Below the pieces are notes generated by a model. It had not been told where the DNA came from. It did no database searches and worked only from the letters and a program-made list of their open reading frames with translations. Both the position numbers and the translations under genes were made by a program. Shown in pieces: positions 1 through 9,180 of a stretch of 64,000 bases of DNA (positions are counted from its first letter, which is position 1; each line of letters starts with the position of its first letter). This DNA is from an uncultured SAR86 cluster bacterium (GTDB lineage Bacteria; Pseudomonadota; Gammaproteobacteria; Magnimaribacterales; D2472). The stretch is from positions 15,602-79,601 of the forward strand of contig CACBGD010000002.1 in NCBI GenBank assembly GCA_902538705.1, given 5' to 3'.

Positions 1-691
1 ATGCTATTCTGATATTAAATTTGAGAACACCTTTTTCCTCTGGATAATTTGCCATTGAATAAGCTCTTATTACTGGTTCATTGTTAACTGCACTGTTGTC
101 CCAGATCTTAAATCTGTCCCAATCTTCATGATACTCATTAGCAATATCAAAATCTTTATAATCGATTTTATATTCTGGTGCTTCAAGTTGAACATAGCCT
201 CCAGCTTTAAAATCTACTTTTTCTCCCTCGGGAAGTTTTAATATTAGTTCTTTTATGAAAGTGGCTACATTATCATTTGATACCACCTCACATTCCCACT
301 CCTTAACTCCAAAAACTTCATCAGGAACAGTTATATTTAAGTCATTTTTAACTGCAACCTGACACGATAGTCTCCAACCATCATTTTTTTCTTTAGCATT
401 GAAGTGACTTTCTTCAGTAGGAAGTATTGAACCTCCACCTTCTAGTATCTGACATTTACATTGACTGCATGTACCACCACCACCACAAGCCGAAGAGAGA
501 AAAATCTTATTATCTGCCAAAGTTTGAAGAAGTTTTGAGCCTGTCTTTACTTCTAGTTTGTTTTCTTCGTCTCCATTGATTGTTATTAAAACATTACCTG
601 AGGCAACTAATTGACTTCTTGCAAGTAGAATTACAACTACGAGAAGTAAAACTATGCCTGTAAAAGAAACAACACCCAATATTAAATCCAT
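1..691 (-). CDS. nqrF: Na+-translocating NADH:quinone oxidoreductase subunit F (5' part; runs off the window)
   Basis: Not in the ORF track. Manual translation from ATG at 691 gives [34 protein letters not shown]...[18 protein letters not shown], the NqrF N-terminal TM helix plus 2Fe-2S motif. GGAG SD at 699-702; directly downstream of nqrE. Confidence 0.96.
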   Translation of the reverse strand, partial: MDLILGVVSFTGIVLLLVVVILLARSQLVASGNVLITINGDEENKLEVKTGSKLLQTLADNKIFLSSACGGGGTCSQCKCQILEGGGSILPTEESHFNAKEKNDGWRLSCQVAVKNDLNITVPDEVFGVKEWECEVVSNDNVATFIKELILKLPEGEKVDFKAGGYVQLEAPEYKIDYKDFDIANEYHEDWDRFKIWDNSAVNNEPVIRAYSMANYPEEKGVLKFNIRIA

Positions 692-701
692 TTAAAATCT
701 C

Positions 702-1313
702 CTATAAAGATATTCCACCAAATGACATAAAACCAAAACTCATTAAACCAACAATTATAAATGTCATGCCAAGACCTTTTAATCCCTCGGGAATATCAGA
801 ATATTTTAATTTCTCTCTTATTCCAGCCAATATAACTATAGCCATTGCCCAACCAACACCGGCACCTAGACCATAGGCAATACTTTCAGTAAACATAAGA
901 TCTTTCTCTACCATGAATAAAGAGGCACCTAAAATTGCACAATTAACAGTTATTAATGGTAAAAATACACCTAGAGCATTATATAAAGCGGGTATATATT
1001 TATCCAGAAACATTTCTAAAATTTGAACCGCTGCTGCAATAACGCCAATATAACTAATTAACTCAACAAACTCTAAATTTGTATTAGGTAAACCTGCCCA
1101 TGTTAAAGCACCTTCTCTTAATACATAGTTATAAATTAAATTATTTAAAGGTACAGTAATAGCACATACAACAATTACAGCTACACCTAAACCAAATGCA
1201 GCATCAATCTTTTTCGAGATTGCAAGAAAAGTGCACATTCCTAAAAATAAAGATAGAGCAATATTTTCAATGAAGACTGTATTAATAAAGATATTTAAAT
1301 AATGTTCAAACAT
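702..1313 (-). CDS. nqrE: Na+-NQR subunit E
   Basis: Hydrophobic; [18 protein letters not shown] and [12 protein letters not shown] motifs; position in nqr operon. Confidence 0.96.
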   Translation of the reverse strand: MFEHYLNIFINTVFIENIALSLFLGMCTFLAISKKIDAAFGLGVAVIVVCAITVPLNNLIYNYVLREGALTWAGLPNTNLEFVELISYIGVIAAAVQILEMFLDKYIPALYNALGVFLPLITVNCAILGASLFMVEKDLMFTESIAYGLGAGVGWAMAIVILAGIREKLKYSDIPEGLKGLGMTFIIVGLMSFGFMSFGGISL

Positions 1314-1977
1314 TTAGTTCTCTCTTATTTAGATCAGGTGATACAGAATGTTTTGACAAGTCAAACTCATCCTCTTCAATTTGATCATTGTTATAACCCC
1401 TAATTAACCAAATAAATAAACCAATAATAATAAATGAACTTGGTGGAAGAAGAAGGAGATTATTAGTTGGGTACCAATCACCAAAAATTGGAATACCAAA
1501 CAAAGTTCCTGCTCCAAAAAGCTCACGAATAAATGCAACTCCAATGAGTATTAAACTGTAACCAATGCCATTACCAAGGCCGTCTAAGAAACTTACAAAA
1601 GGTTTTTCTTTCATTGCAAAAGCTTCAGCTCTTCCCATGACAATACAATTGGTAATAATTAGACCAACAAATACAGATAGTTTTTTACTTGTTTCATAAT
1701 CATAAGCCTTAAGAAGTTCATCAACCAAAATAACTAATGTGGCAATAATAGTCATTTGAACAATAATACGGACAGATGAAGGTATATAGTTTCTGATAAT
1801 TGAAATAAATAGATTTGATAGTGAAACAACAGATGTTAAAGCAATACACATTATCAATGTGACATTTAAATTGCTTGTTACTGCTAAAGCTGAGCAAATC
1901 CCTAAGATTTGTAGCGTTATTGGATTCTCCTTGATTAGGGGATTTACTAGTACTTCTTTATATTGCTTAAGACTCAT
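1306..1977 (-). CDS. nqrD: Na+-NQR subunit D
   Basis: [17 protein letters not shown] and [18 protein letters not shown] motifs. ATG at 1977 preferred over the TTG at 1983. Confidence 0.95.
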   Translation of the reverse strand: MSLKQYKEVLVNPLIKENPITLQILGICSALAVTSNLNVTLIMCIALTSVVSLSNLFISIIRNYIPSSVRIIVQMTIIATLVILVDELLKAYDYETSKKLSVFVGLIITNCIVMGRAEAFAMKEKPFVSFLDGLGNGIGYSLILIGVAFIRELFGAGTLFGIPIFGDWYPTNNLLLLPPSSFIIIGLFIWLIRGYNNDQIEEDEFDLSKHSVSPDLNKRELNV

Positions 1978-2737
1978 AATCAAAATTTTCTAAAAGTTTT
2001 AAATAGCCCGAGTCACTGAACCAGTATTCAATCATATTTGAAACACCCCTACTTGTCAGAGTAGCTCCAGAAAGACCGTCAACCATATATTTAGCATCAT
2101 TCATATTTTGATCAACAGCACCTTTAATTACTTGAAGTTTCACATCTCCAGACTGATAAATCTCTTTCCCAACCCAAATATTTTTCCAGTTAGGATTATC
2201 GACCTCTCCACCAAGACCAGGTGTTTCTTTATGTTCATAAAATTCAATACCTACAACAGTATTAAAATCATTTTCTATAGCAATATAACCATAAAGAGTT
2301 CCCCACAAACCATAGCCACGAATCGGAAGAATTAATTTATCTATTTTATTATCTTTAGTTGAAAAATAAATTTTTCCAATATTTTCCCTATTTTTAATAA
2401 TTGCAATATCTTTATCAGCTGGAACAGGTTTAGATTGATCTGAGAATCTTAATGATTGCAGTTGATCATACTTATCGATATCAAAATCTTTATACTCTCT
2501 ATATGTTTCACCTGTATCAAAATCTAAAAAACGAATCTCAAGATTTTTAAATTGATCTTCAACTGAAATAGACTCGTTATAAATATTTGCAGCCTCAAGA
2601 ATCTTAATTCTTTTATCATTAAGTTTATTTGTATTTTGTTGGTCTCTGAGTGATACAGCAGTAAAAGAAACAAATAGCGAGCATAACAAGCAAACCCCAA
2701 GGGTCACACCTAAAGTCCTAATGATTGTTTCATTCAT
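1967..2737 (-). CDS. nqrC: Na+-NQR subunit C
   Basis: N-terminal TM helix, [15 protein letters not shown], and the covalent FMN site [10 protein letters not shown]. Confidence 0.96.
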   Translation of the reverse strand: MNETIIRTLGVTLGVCLLCSLFVSFTAVSLRDQQNTNKLNDKRIKILEAANIYNESISVEDQFKNLEIRFLDFDTGETYREYKDFDIDKYDQLQSLRFSDQSKPVPADKDIAIIKNRENIGKIYFSTKDNKIDKLILPIRGYGLWGTLYGYIAIENDFNTVVGIEFYEHKETPGLGGEVDNPNWKNIWVGKEIYQSGDVKLQVIKGAVDQNMNDAKYMVDGLSGATLTSRGVSNMIEYWFSDSGYLKLLENFDYES

Positions 2738-3966
2738 AATGCTTCTCTGTATTTAAGTTTCTTTTGAGTATTATTGTTTACAACTAAATGATCTATAACG
2801 GGTGCCAGAAGGTTAGCAAAAAGTATAGCAAGCATCATTCCTTCAGGAAATGCTGGATTAACAACACGTATGAGGACTACTGTAACCCCTATAACTATTC
2901 CATATATCCATCTACCTTTATTTGTTCCTGAGCCTGAAACTGGTTCAGTAGCCATAAAAACTAAACCAAATGCAAAACTACCTATAACTAAATGCCAATA
3001 AAATGGAACATTGAACATAGGGTTAGTTTCTGAACCAATAATATTGAATAGAGAGCTTGTAACAAACATTCCTAAAAGTGTTCCCAGCATGATTCTGTAA
3101 GAGGCAATCCTTGTCATCAAAAGAATTACTGCAGCAATTGAGATTGCAATAATGGACGTCTCACCCACTGAACCCGGAATGTTTCCAGCAAAAGCATCAA
3201 ACCAGCTAAATTTATCAGTTAGCCCAGGTACACCAGTTTCTGCAGCAACTCCAAGAGGTGTAGCGCCTGAGTAACCTTGTGGAATTATCATTTGATCTCC
3301 TAGTCCTGAAATCCAAACCTTATCGCCTGATAGATCAGATGGATAAGCAAAATAAAGGAAAGCTCTTCCCGTTAATGCAGGATTGAGGAAGTTTTTACCA
3401 GTTCCACCAAAAATCTCTTTTCCAATAACAATTCCGAATGTTATACCTAATGCAGCTTGCCATAGAGGAAGATCTGGTGGGCAACTTAAAGCAAAGAGAA
3501 CTGAAGATACAAAAAAACCTTCATTCACTTCGTGTTTTCTTATAATTGCAAATAAAATCTCCCAGGTTATACCAACTAAAAATGTTGTTGCATAAATAGG
3601 AATAAAATAGACAGCACCAAACCATATTTTATTTATAAAGCTATTTGGCTCATATCCAAAAATATTTACAAGATAATGGTGCCAATCTCCCGTGTTAGGT
3701 GTATCTATGAGTGCTAAATATTCAAGAGATTGATTTCCAATATTATACATTCCAAAAAACATTGCTGGAAAAGTCGATAGCCAGACTATGACCATCATTC
3801 TTTGAATATCTAATGCATCTCTTATGTGAATTGGATTTTTAGTTTTATTTTTTGAAAGAAAAAATAAATTTTCAAAGATGTCATAAATTGGAAAATACTT
3901 TTCAGCTGAACCCCCTTTTGAAAAAGAAGGTTTTGCATCATCAAAAAGATTTCTAAGGAATTTCAT
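2734..3966 (-). CDS. nqrB: Na+-NQR subunit B
   Basis: KEIFGGTGKNFLNPALTGRAF, FMN site SGATPL, PEGMMLAILFAN. Confidence 0.96.
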   Translation of the reverse strand: MKFLRNLFDDAKPSFSKGGSAEKYFPIYDIFENLFFLSKNKTKNPIHIRDALDIQRMMVIVWLSTFPAMFFGMYNIGNQSLEYLALIDTPNTGDWHHYLVNIFGYEPNSFINKIWFGAVYFIPIYATTFLVGITWEILFAIIRKHEVNEGFFVSSVLFALSCPPDLPLWQAALGITFGIVIGKEIFGGTGKNFLNPALTGRAFLYFAYPSDLSGDKVWISGLGDQMIIPQGYSGATPLGVAAETGVPGLTDKFSWFDAFAGNIPGSVGETSIIAISIAAVILLMTRIASYRIMLGTLLGMFVTSSLFNIIGSETNPMFNVPFYWHLVIGSFAFGLVFMATEPVSGSGTNKGRWIYGIVIGVTVVLIRVVNPAFPEGMMLAILFANLLAPVIDHLVVNNNTQKKLKYREAL

Positions 3967-5279
3967 TGTAATTCTTTATAAATTAATTCTAAGTTTTCAT
4001 CCAAAATTGAGCAGTAATCATATTTACTTGGACATACATAACTACATAGGGATAAATCTTCAGGAGCCAACTCTAAAACACCAAGTTTTATAGCATTTTC
4101 AATATCTTTTACAACAATTGATTTTAATAACTGGAGTGACATTATATTGAGAGGCATAACCTCTTCATATGCTGCAACCGGAACTATTCCCCTATTACTC
4201 CCATTAAGTGCAGTATTGAACTCAAACTCATCAGGCTTTATCCAGCTTGATATGAACGCGCCAAGCTTAGAATGCAGTTTTGATCCCGGCATTAGCCAGT
4301 TAAGAAAAGTATCAGGTATTTCATCTGAAATAGCAGAAATTTGATTATGATAGAAGCCTAAAAATGATAGTGAATCAGTAATTTCATATCCATTTAGAAC
4401 GGATCCAGATACCAATCGAGAATTATCTTTTAAATTACCTGCAACAAGTTCTCTACAATCAGATCCAATTCTAGCTTTAACAACTTTTGGTTCAATAATT
4501 GATGGGCCGCCAATAGCTACATACCTGGAGGTTCGTATTTTATTATTCAAAGCAAAGTCACCTAATGATAGAACGCCCTGCCCATCTATGTACCAACATT
4601 TAGAGTTTAGATCAACAGGTTTTATAAAATGTATGTGTGTACCTGAAAGCCCTGCTGGATGAGGACCATTAAAATTATAGTAATTTATGCCATCAATAAA
4701 ATTATTAAAGTCATTATTTTGATAGCAAACGTGAATATTACAGTTGTAAATTTCCTTCAATTTGGTTAACGAGTTATTAAATAAGTCTATTTCATGTTGA
4801 AGATAAATATATGGATCAACAGATAAAGGGTTTGTATCACAAATATTAACAAATATATCATCAGGGATATCTTTGAGTTTTGGTGTTTTATTAAAGGGTC
4901 TTGTTCTAAAATAATTAATGACTCCAAATTTTGATAGGTTTTTGAGAAGAATCTCATTATCATCATTTAAAATTTCTACTTGATTCTCTTGTTCAGCAAC
5001 CTCAATCTCTATACTGATAAAACGCCTCTTTTCACCTCTATTAATGGATTTAATTAGGCCACCTGCTGGAGAAGTAAAAAATACACCAGGATTTTTCTTG
5101 TCTTCAAAGAGAACTGAACCAATTTTAACCTCGTCACCAACATCAACCATCATTGTTGGTTTCATACCAATATAATCAGGTCCAAGAATGCCAACATGAG
5201 ATATTTTTGTTGAGTCGGAGACAGTGCCGTCAGGTGACCCTGAAATCGGTATATTTAAGCCTTTTTTTAAGTTATACAA
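3963..5279 (-). CDS. nqrA: Na+-NQR subunit A
   Basis: LKKGLNIPISG start, GPHPAGLSGTHIH, C-terminal ELAPEDLSLCSYVCPSKYDY. TTG start with AGGAAG SD. Confidence 0.95.
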   Translation of the reverse strand: MYNLKKGLNIPISGSPDGTVSDSTKISHVGILGPDYIGMKPTMMVDVGDEVKIGSVLFEDKKNPGVFFTSPAGGLIKSINRGEKRRFISIEIEVAEQENQVEILNDDNEILLKNLSKFGVINYFRTRPFNKTPKLKDIPDDIFVNICDTNPLSVDPYIYLQHEIDLFNNSLTKLKEIYNCNIHVCYQNNDFNNFIDGINYYNFNGPHPAGLSGTHIHFIKPVDLNSKCWYIDGQGVLSLGDFALNNKIRTSRYVAIGGPSIIEPKVVKARIGSDCRELVAGNLKDNSRLVSGSVLNGYEITDSLSFLGFYHNQISAISDEIPDTFLNWLMPGSKLHSKLGAFISSWIKPDEFEFNTALNGSNRGIVPVAAYEEVMPLNIMSLQLLKSIVVKDIENAIKLGVLELAPEDLSLCSYVCPSKYDYCSILDENLELIYKELQ

Positions 5280-5345
5280 CTTTTAACTTCCTATCTTAAA
5301 AAACGTTTGAATTATATTATTTAAAGTCTCTATATACTACTAATA

Positions 5346-6839
5346 TCAAACCTTTACAGGCAATCTAATGAGATTTATTCCTGCAATACTTTTAACTAAA
5401 TTAACAACTTGAACTGAATAACCATACTCATTGTCATACCAACAATATAGTGTAATCTTATTGTCAGAAACTATAGTTGCTTGTGAATCAATTACAGAAG
5501 CAAAAGGACTGGAATAAAAGTCAGAAGAAACAATCTCAGTTGAGTTAACAAAACCAACAATTTCTCTGTACTTAGAGTTAAAGGCTGTCTTTCTGAGGAA
5601 TTCATTGATGTCATCCTTGCTTAGATTACTCTTTTCAACTGTTATTGATATAACAGCCAAACTTACATTTGGAGTTGGAACTCTTATGGCGTTGCCAGTT
5701 AACTTTCCATCGAGTTCAGGTAATGCTTTAGAAACTGCTTTTACTGCTCCTGTAGATGTTATTACCATATTTAATGCAGCACTTCTTCCTCTCCTATCTT
5801 TTTTGTGATAGTTGTCGATTAGATTTTGATCATTCGTATAGGCGTGAACAGTTTCAATATGTCCTGACGTTATTGAATATTCATTATTTAAAATATCTAA
5901 AACAGGAACAATTGCATTAGTTGTGCATGAAGCAGCTGAAATTATGTTGTCAGATTCATTCAATATATTGTTATTGATACCGTTAACAATATTCTTTATT
6001 TGACCCTTGCCAGGAGCTGTTAAAACAACTTTTCTAGCACCGGATTCTAGATGAAGAGATAAATCTTTCTCCTCTCTCCAGACGCCTGTATTGTCAATAA
6101 CAATTGGTTTCTCTATGTCGTAATCAGAATAATTAAAGTCTTTCGGTCCATTGGCATAAATAATCTTTACAGGATTTCCATTTATTACCAAAGTTTCAGT
6201 TTCATTATCAACTCTAATAGTTCCATGAAATGAGCCGTGAACAGAATCACGTCTCAACAAACTCGCTCGTTTAAGTAGATCATTTGTATCTAATCCTTTT
6301 CTAACAACGATTGCTCTTAGTTTGTAATAGTTACCCGGACCTGTCATTTGAGCCATAATACGTGTAACTAATCTACCTATTCGACCAAACCCGTACAAAA
6401 CAATATCCTGTGGCTTTGAAGGTCTTTGTTGATCGACTTGATCTAGTGGATCTAAGATAAATGATTTTATGTAAGAATCAATTTGTAAGTCATCTAGAGA
6501 CCTATTTTCTTTCATGAAATTAACTAAAATCTCTCCTAAATCAATTTCGCAATCTTTAATATCCTGTAATTCAATTCTTAGTAAAAAAGGATAAGTCTCA
6601 AGCTCAGAAATTTCAGTATCTTCAACTCTTCTTATAAATCTATGGGATTTCATTATTTCAATTGGCGATAAATTTACTAGTGAATGTCCGTACATAAGAA
6701 CGTTTACGCCATTTCTATAAAGTCTTCCTATTATAGGAACCATTAATTCTGCTAAGCCTTCACGCCATTTCCAGTCACCAAAAAAATCATCTGGTTTATC
6801 TCTAAACCTGAGATCTGGATTTTTTGTGAGATCGGACAT
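5346..6839 (-). CDS. gap: Glyceraldehyde-3-phosphate dehydrogenase, long form with ~140-aa N-terminal extension
   Basis: GFGRIGR, catalytic SAASCTTN, WYDNEYGYS. The long form next to mfd/nqr is a known gammaproteobacterial arrangement. Confidence 0.93.
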   Translation of the reverse strand: MSDLTKNPDLRFRDKPDDFFGDWKWREGLAELMVPIIGRLYRNGVNVLMYGHSLVNLSPIEIMKSHRFIRRVEDTEISELETYPFLLRIELQDIKDCEIDLGEILVNFMKENRSLDDLQIDSYIKSFILDPLDQVDQQRPSKPQDIVLYGFGRIGRLVTRIMAQMTGPGNYYKLRAIVVRKGLDTNDLLKRASLLRRDSVHGSFHGTIRVDNETETLVINGNPVKIIYANGPKDFNYSDYDIEKPIVIDNTGVWREEKDLSLHLESGARKVVLTAPGKGQIKNIVNGINNNILNESDNIISAASCTTNAIVPVLDILNNEYSITSGHIETVHAYTNDQNLIDNYHKKDRRGRSAALNMVITSTGAVKAVSKALPELDGKLTGNAIRVPTPNVSLAVISITVEKSNLSKDDINEFLRKTAFNSKYREIVGFVNSTEIVSSDFYSSPFASVIDSQATIVSDNKITLYCWYDNEYGYSVQVVNLVKSIAGINLIRLPVKV

Positions 6840-7942
6840 TAGGAATTGTTAAATTTTTTCAGGTGAAAATGTGAATTACCAAACTGTGAATCAATTGATA
6901 TAAATCTTTTCAAATAATGACCTATGGACATTTCTTCACTAACGCCCATACCTCCATGAAGTTGAACTGCATCCTCACCAACTTTCTTCCCCGATAACCC
7001 AACTTGAGATTTTAGAGCAGAAACTGATCTATATTTAGAATCATTATTTTCATGCATATCAATCATAGATTTATATAAAAGGGATTTGCAAAGCTCGGCC
7101 TCTATAAACATATCGACCATTTTGTGTTGCAAGACTTGAAAGTTACTTATTGGTTGACCGAATTGTTCCCTACTTTTGGTATATTCAACAGTTTTAAGAT
7201 AACAAGATTCCATACAACCAACAGCCTCCGCCGATACACATAAGGTTCCATAATTAATTGCATCTTTTATCAATTGTTCTGCCTCATCACCGGTTGCAAC
7301 TATTTGATCAGCATTAATTGCAACATTTTCAAAATTAATCTGAGATATTCTTCTGTCATCAACAGTTTTAAAATTATTGATTGATAAGCCATTTGTATCT
7401 TTATTTACAATAACTATTGTAGTTGCATCATTATGATTAACAGTAACTAGGTAGTGATCAGCATTTGAACCATTTAACACAAGATTTTTAGTTCCATTTA
7501 GGCTAAGAGAATCAGAACCTTCTAACAGACATGTAATATTATTAAAATCATAGTTCCGATTTTGTTCCATATATGCAAGAGATATCTGCTCTTCACCTGA
7601 AATGAGTTTTTCAATAAAGTCATTTTTTTTATCAAACGAAGAGTTATCAAGAATATATCCTGAAAGAACAACATTACTAAGATATGGTTCTAGTACTAGA
7701 AATTTACCAAATTCTTCAAAAAGTATAGATAATTCTATGGGTCCAAAATCAAAACCACCGGATTCGCTTGAAAACGGCATGGCAAGCCAACCTTGGTCTG
7801 CGAAGAGTTTCCATTTTTCTGAATCATAACCGGATTCACTTTTAGCGAAGTTCTCTCTATCGTAAAAATCATAATCAGAATTACAAAACTTTTGTATTTG
7901 TTCTCTTAAAAGATTTTGTTCATCAGAAAAATTTAGATTCAT
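6839..7942 (-). CDS. Acyl-CoA dehydrogenase family protein (small subunit of a PimD/FadE-type heteromeric pair)
   Basis: REQFGQPISNFQVLQHK and AVQLHGGMG ACAD motifs; 1-bp TAATG overlap with its partner gene. Confidence 0.88.
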   Translation of the reverse strand: MNLNFSDEQNLLREQIQKFCNSDYDFYDRENFAKSESGYDSEKWKLFADQGWLAMPFSSESGGFDFGPIELSILFEEFGKFLVLEPYLSNVVLSGYILDNSSFDKKNDFIEKLISGEEQISLAYMEQNRNYDFNNITCLLEGSDSLSLNGTKNLVLNGSNADHYLVTVNHNDATTIVIVNKDTNGLSINNFKTVDDRRISQINFENVAINADQIVATGDEAEQLIKDAINYGTLCVSAEAVGCMESCYLKTVEYTKSREQFGQPISNFQVLQHKMVDMFIEAELCKSLLYKSMIDMHENNDSKYRSVSALKSQVGLSGKKVGEDAVQLHGGMGVSEEMSIGHYLKRFISIDSQFGNSHFHLKKFNNS

Positions 7943-9123
7943 TAAACACCTAGAACAAATTTGGAGATAATATTTTTTTGAATTTCATTACTACCTCCAT
8001 AGATAGTTACTTTTCTCATGTTTAGATATTTTGATAAAGCATCATTAGTATAATCTGGTCCATTAGGTTTGATATTTGAGCCATAGCCATCTGGTCCTCC
8101 GTAAGGAATTGCAAATTCACCAGCAGCTTCGACATAAAGTTCAGTAAGACGTTGTTGAATCTCAGTTCCTTTGATCTTTAATATAGAAGATTCAGCTCCA
8201 GGATTACCACCACCTTCAAGAGCAGATAACAATCTAAGTTCTGTAAACTCAAGAGCCATAATATCAATTTCCAGTTGTGATACTTTTGCAATGAGATCGT
8301 CATCACCTAAGTCTTTAGAAATTTCTTTTAGTCTCTCCAATTGTCTTTTAGACGCACCTACACCTGCTATACCAAAACGCTCATGGGCTAAGAGGAACTT
8401 TGCATATGTCCAACCTTTGCCCTCTTCTCCAATAAGATTTTCAGCAGGAACTTTTACATCAGTAAAAAATACTGAATTTACCTCATGATCCCCATCTATT
8501 GTAATAATCGGTTTAACCTCAATACCTGGAGATTTCATATCAATTAATAAGAATGATATGCCTTCTTGTTTTTTTCCAGATGAATCAGTTCTAACTAGAC
8601 AAAATATCCAGTCAGCATGTTGTGCTAAAGTAGTCCAAGTTTTTGAACCGTTGATAATGTAATAATCTTTACCATCTTCATTTACAAGTTCAGCTTTTGT
8701 CTTTAACGAAGCTAAATCAGATCCTGATCCAGGTTCAGAATAACCTTGACACCACCAAGTATCAAAATTAAGAATATCTGGTAAGAATCTATCCTTTTGT
8801 TCTTGATTTCCAAACGAGTAAATAACTGGGCCAACCATGCTAACACCAAAAGGAATAAGTGGTGGACACCCAGCAAGCCCAAGCTCATTTTGAAATATGT
8901 AAATTTGCGCTGGTGACCATCCAGTACCACCATACTCTTCAGGCCAATTAAAGCCCATCCAGCCTTTTGCGGAAAGGGATTTATGCCAATCAACTATATC
9001 CTCTCTAGTCAATGGCTCGCCATTATCTGTTTTCTCTTTAACATGTTTTGGATATTCATTTGCTAAAAAGTTTCTAACCTCATCTCTGAATTCTAAGTCC
9101 TTTGAAGAAAAGCTTAATTCCAT
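7942..9123 (-). CDS. Acyl-CoA dehydrogenase (large subunit, PimC-like)
   Basis: WCQGYSEPGSGSDLASL, NGSKTWTTLAQHAD, TIYGGSNEIQKNII. Confidence 0.9.
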   Translation of the reverse strand: MELSFSSKDLEFRDEVRNFLANEYPKHVKEKTDNGEPLTREDIVDWHKSLSAKGWMGFNWPEEYGGTGWSPAQIYIFQNELGLAGCPPLIPFGVSMVGPVIYSFGNQEQKDRFLPDILNFDTWWCQGYSEPGSGSDLASLKTKAELVNEDGKDYYIINGSKTWTTLAQHADWIFCLVRTDSSGKKQEGISFLLIDMKSPGIEVKPIITIDGDHEVNSVFFTDVKVPAENLIGEEGKGWTYAKFLLAHERFGIAGVGASKRQLERLKEISKDLGDDDLIAKVSQLEIDIMALEFTELRLLSALEGGGNPGAESSILKIKGTEIQQRLTELYVEAAGEFAIPYGGPDGYGSNIKPNGPDYTNDALSKYLNMRKVTIYGGSNEIQKNIISKFVLGV

Positions 9124-9180
9124 AATATATTTCCTATAAATGATTACTTATAATGAGCACTTATTATACAAGACACTAGA

